A stretch of 64,000 nucleotides of DNA from Haliotis cracherodii (lineage: Eukaryota), in contig NW_027266274.1 in the NCBI RefSeq assembly GCF_022045235.1, forward strand, positions 3,100,001-3,164,000. Direction: 5' to 3'. The notes beneath the pieces are model-generated. The model did not search any database. It worked only from the letters and a program-made list of their open reading frames with translations, and was not told where the DNA came from. A program made the position numbers and the translations under genes. This document shows positions 63,023-64,000 of this stretch, in pieces. The number at the start of each line of letters is the position of its first letter. Position 1 is the first letter of the stretch.

Positions 63023-63889
63023 CAGTCATGCCCCGCTTATATGGACTTCAGATATCCGGAAGCCTCGGTTCCCGGACGATTTTCATTCAAAACAAAATAA
63101 TTACTATATAAATTTACCCATATATACGGAAATTCAGTTTCCGGAAATGGATGGTCATTTTCATACACAAAACACTGAACTGCACACAAAATTGTCTCAC
63201 TTACCCGGACAATATACTTCCACTGGTGGTAATCATTTGATTCGTGAGAAGTCAATTAACCAAGTGACACTGAGTTACGTTTGAGACGAGTTTATTTATC
63301 GTACATCTAATCCCATTCGATAAATATGGCGTCTGTGCAGGTCAGAGGTCAAAGTTGTGTAAGTATGGCCTGTCAACCAGCGAAACGTAAGCGACACACA
63401 GTTACAGCACGCGAAAAAAGGGAAATTTGTTTGTTTAAGGAAAAACACATGCAGCAAGTTTGGAAACCATCAGTAAGCATTATGGCACTGAATTTGGACA
63501 TACCATAGGAAAATCGACAATTGGTGACATTTTAAAAGACAAACAGAAGTGGCTAAATCTCCCAGAAAATTCAAATGACTTATCACGATCCCGAGACCAT
63601 GATTACATATTACGAGAACACAGGCGATCTGGACAATTTGGAATTATTGTTTAAAATTCAAACCTCAAAATGTGGTAAAGTTCAAACTCCCATGAGAGAT
63701 TTTTTGAAACGTGTATGTCTTGAATACAGATTGAGTGGATGTATCTGTTTGCTCTGTCATCTGTCATGAGTTGCATAACTGAAGGGAAGTAACTCTTCCA
63801 GTAAGAAGCTGGTTTCAGTTATACGGAAATTGGTTTATACGGACGAATTGTGAAATGATGCAAGTGTCCGTATAAACGAGGCACGACTG
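63023..63889 (+). mobile_element. Internally deleted pogo/Tigger transposon in a BBS2 intron
   Basis: TA|CAGTCATGCCCCGCTTATATGGAC...GTCCGTATAAACGAGGCACGACTG|TA. Internal CENP-B-type HTH fragments KRKRHTVTAREKREIC and IGKSTIGDILKDKQKW. Confidence 0.85.
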
Positions 63890-64000
63890 TATATACAGTG
63901 TTGAGATATGTATCATATTCTGCATGATTTGTCTAGGCTTCTGTATCAAGACGTATCGTATTGTGTGACACCTGTATCATGATGTCCCAATGTTTAATTA

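Overview
Eukaryotic, repeat-rich animal genomic DNA, not prokaryotic. The SINE and MITE repertoire looks molluscan, possibly abalone (inference). Hand-splicing gives five protein-coding genes: the last two exons of DNAJC25 (+), complete 10-exon NSFL1C/p47 (-, 384 aa) whose last intron has U12 (minor-spliceosome) signals, an intronless UTP18 (+), a complete 15-exon KIAA2013 homolog (-, 611 aa), and the first coding exon of BBS2 (+). Mobile DNA includes a near-intact I-group LINE ORF2 (APE-RT-RNaseH) with a target-site duplication, Gypsy, Tc1, mariner and pogo/Tigger remnants, MITEs, HINE-like elements and tRNA-derived SINEs. About 14 unrelated minisatellite arrays cover roughly a quarter of the window and explain most long ORFs in the track. 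The most striking observation is that in three KIAA2013 introns (2, 8, 13) the repeat unit is a copy of the exon's own 3' end plus its 5' splice site. Each of these introns is almost entirely a tandem array of duplicated splice donors ending in a residual 74-103 nt mini-intron. All exon coordinates were derived by eye and need RNA-seq confirmation.
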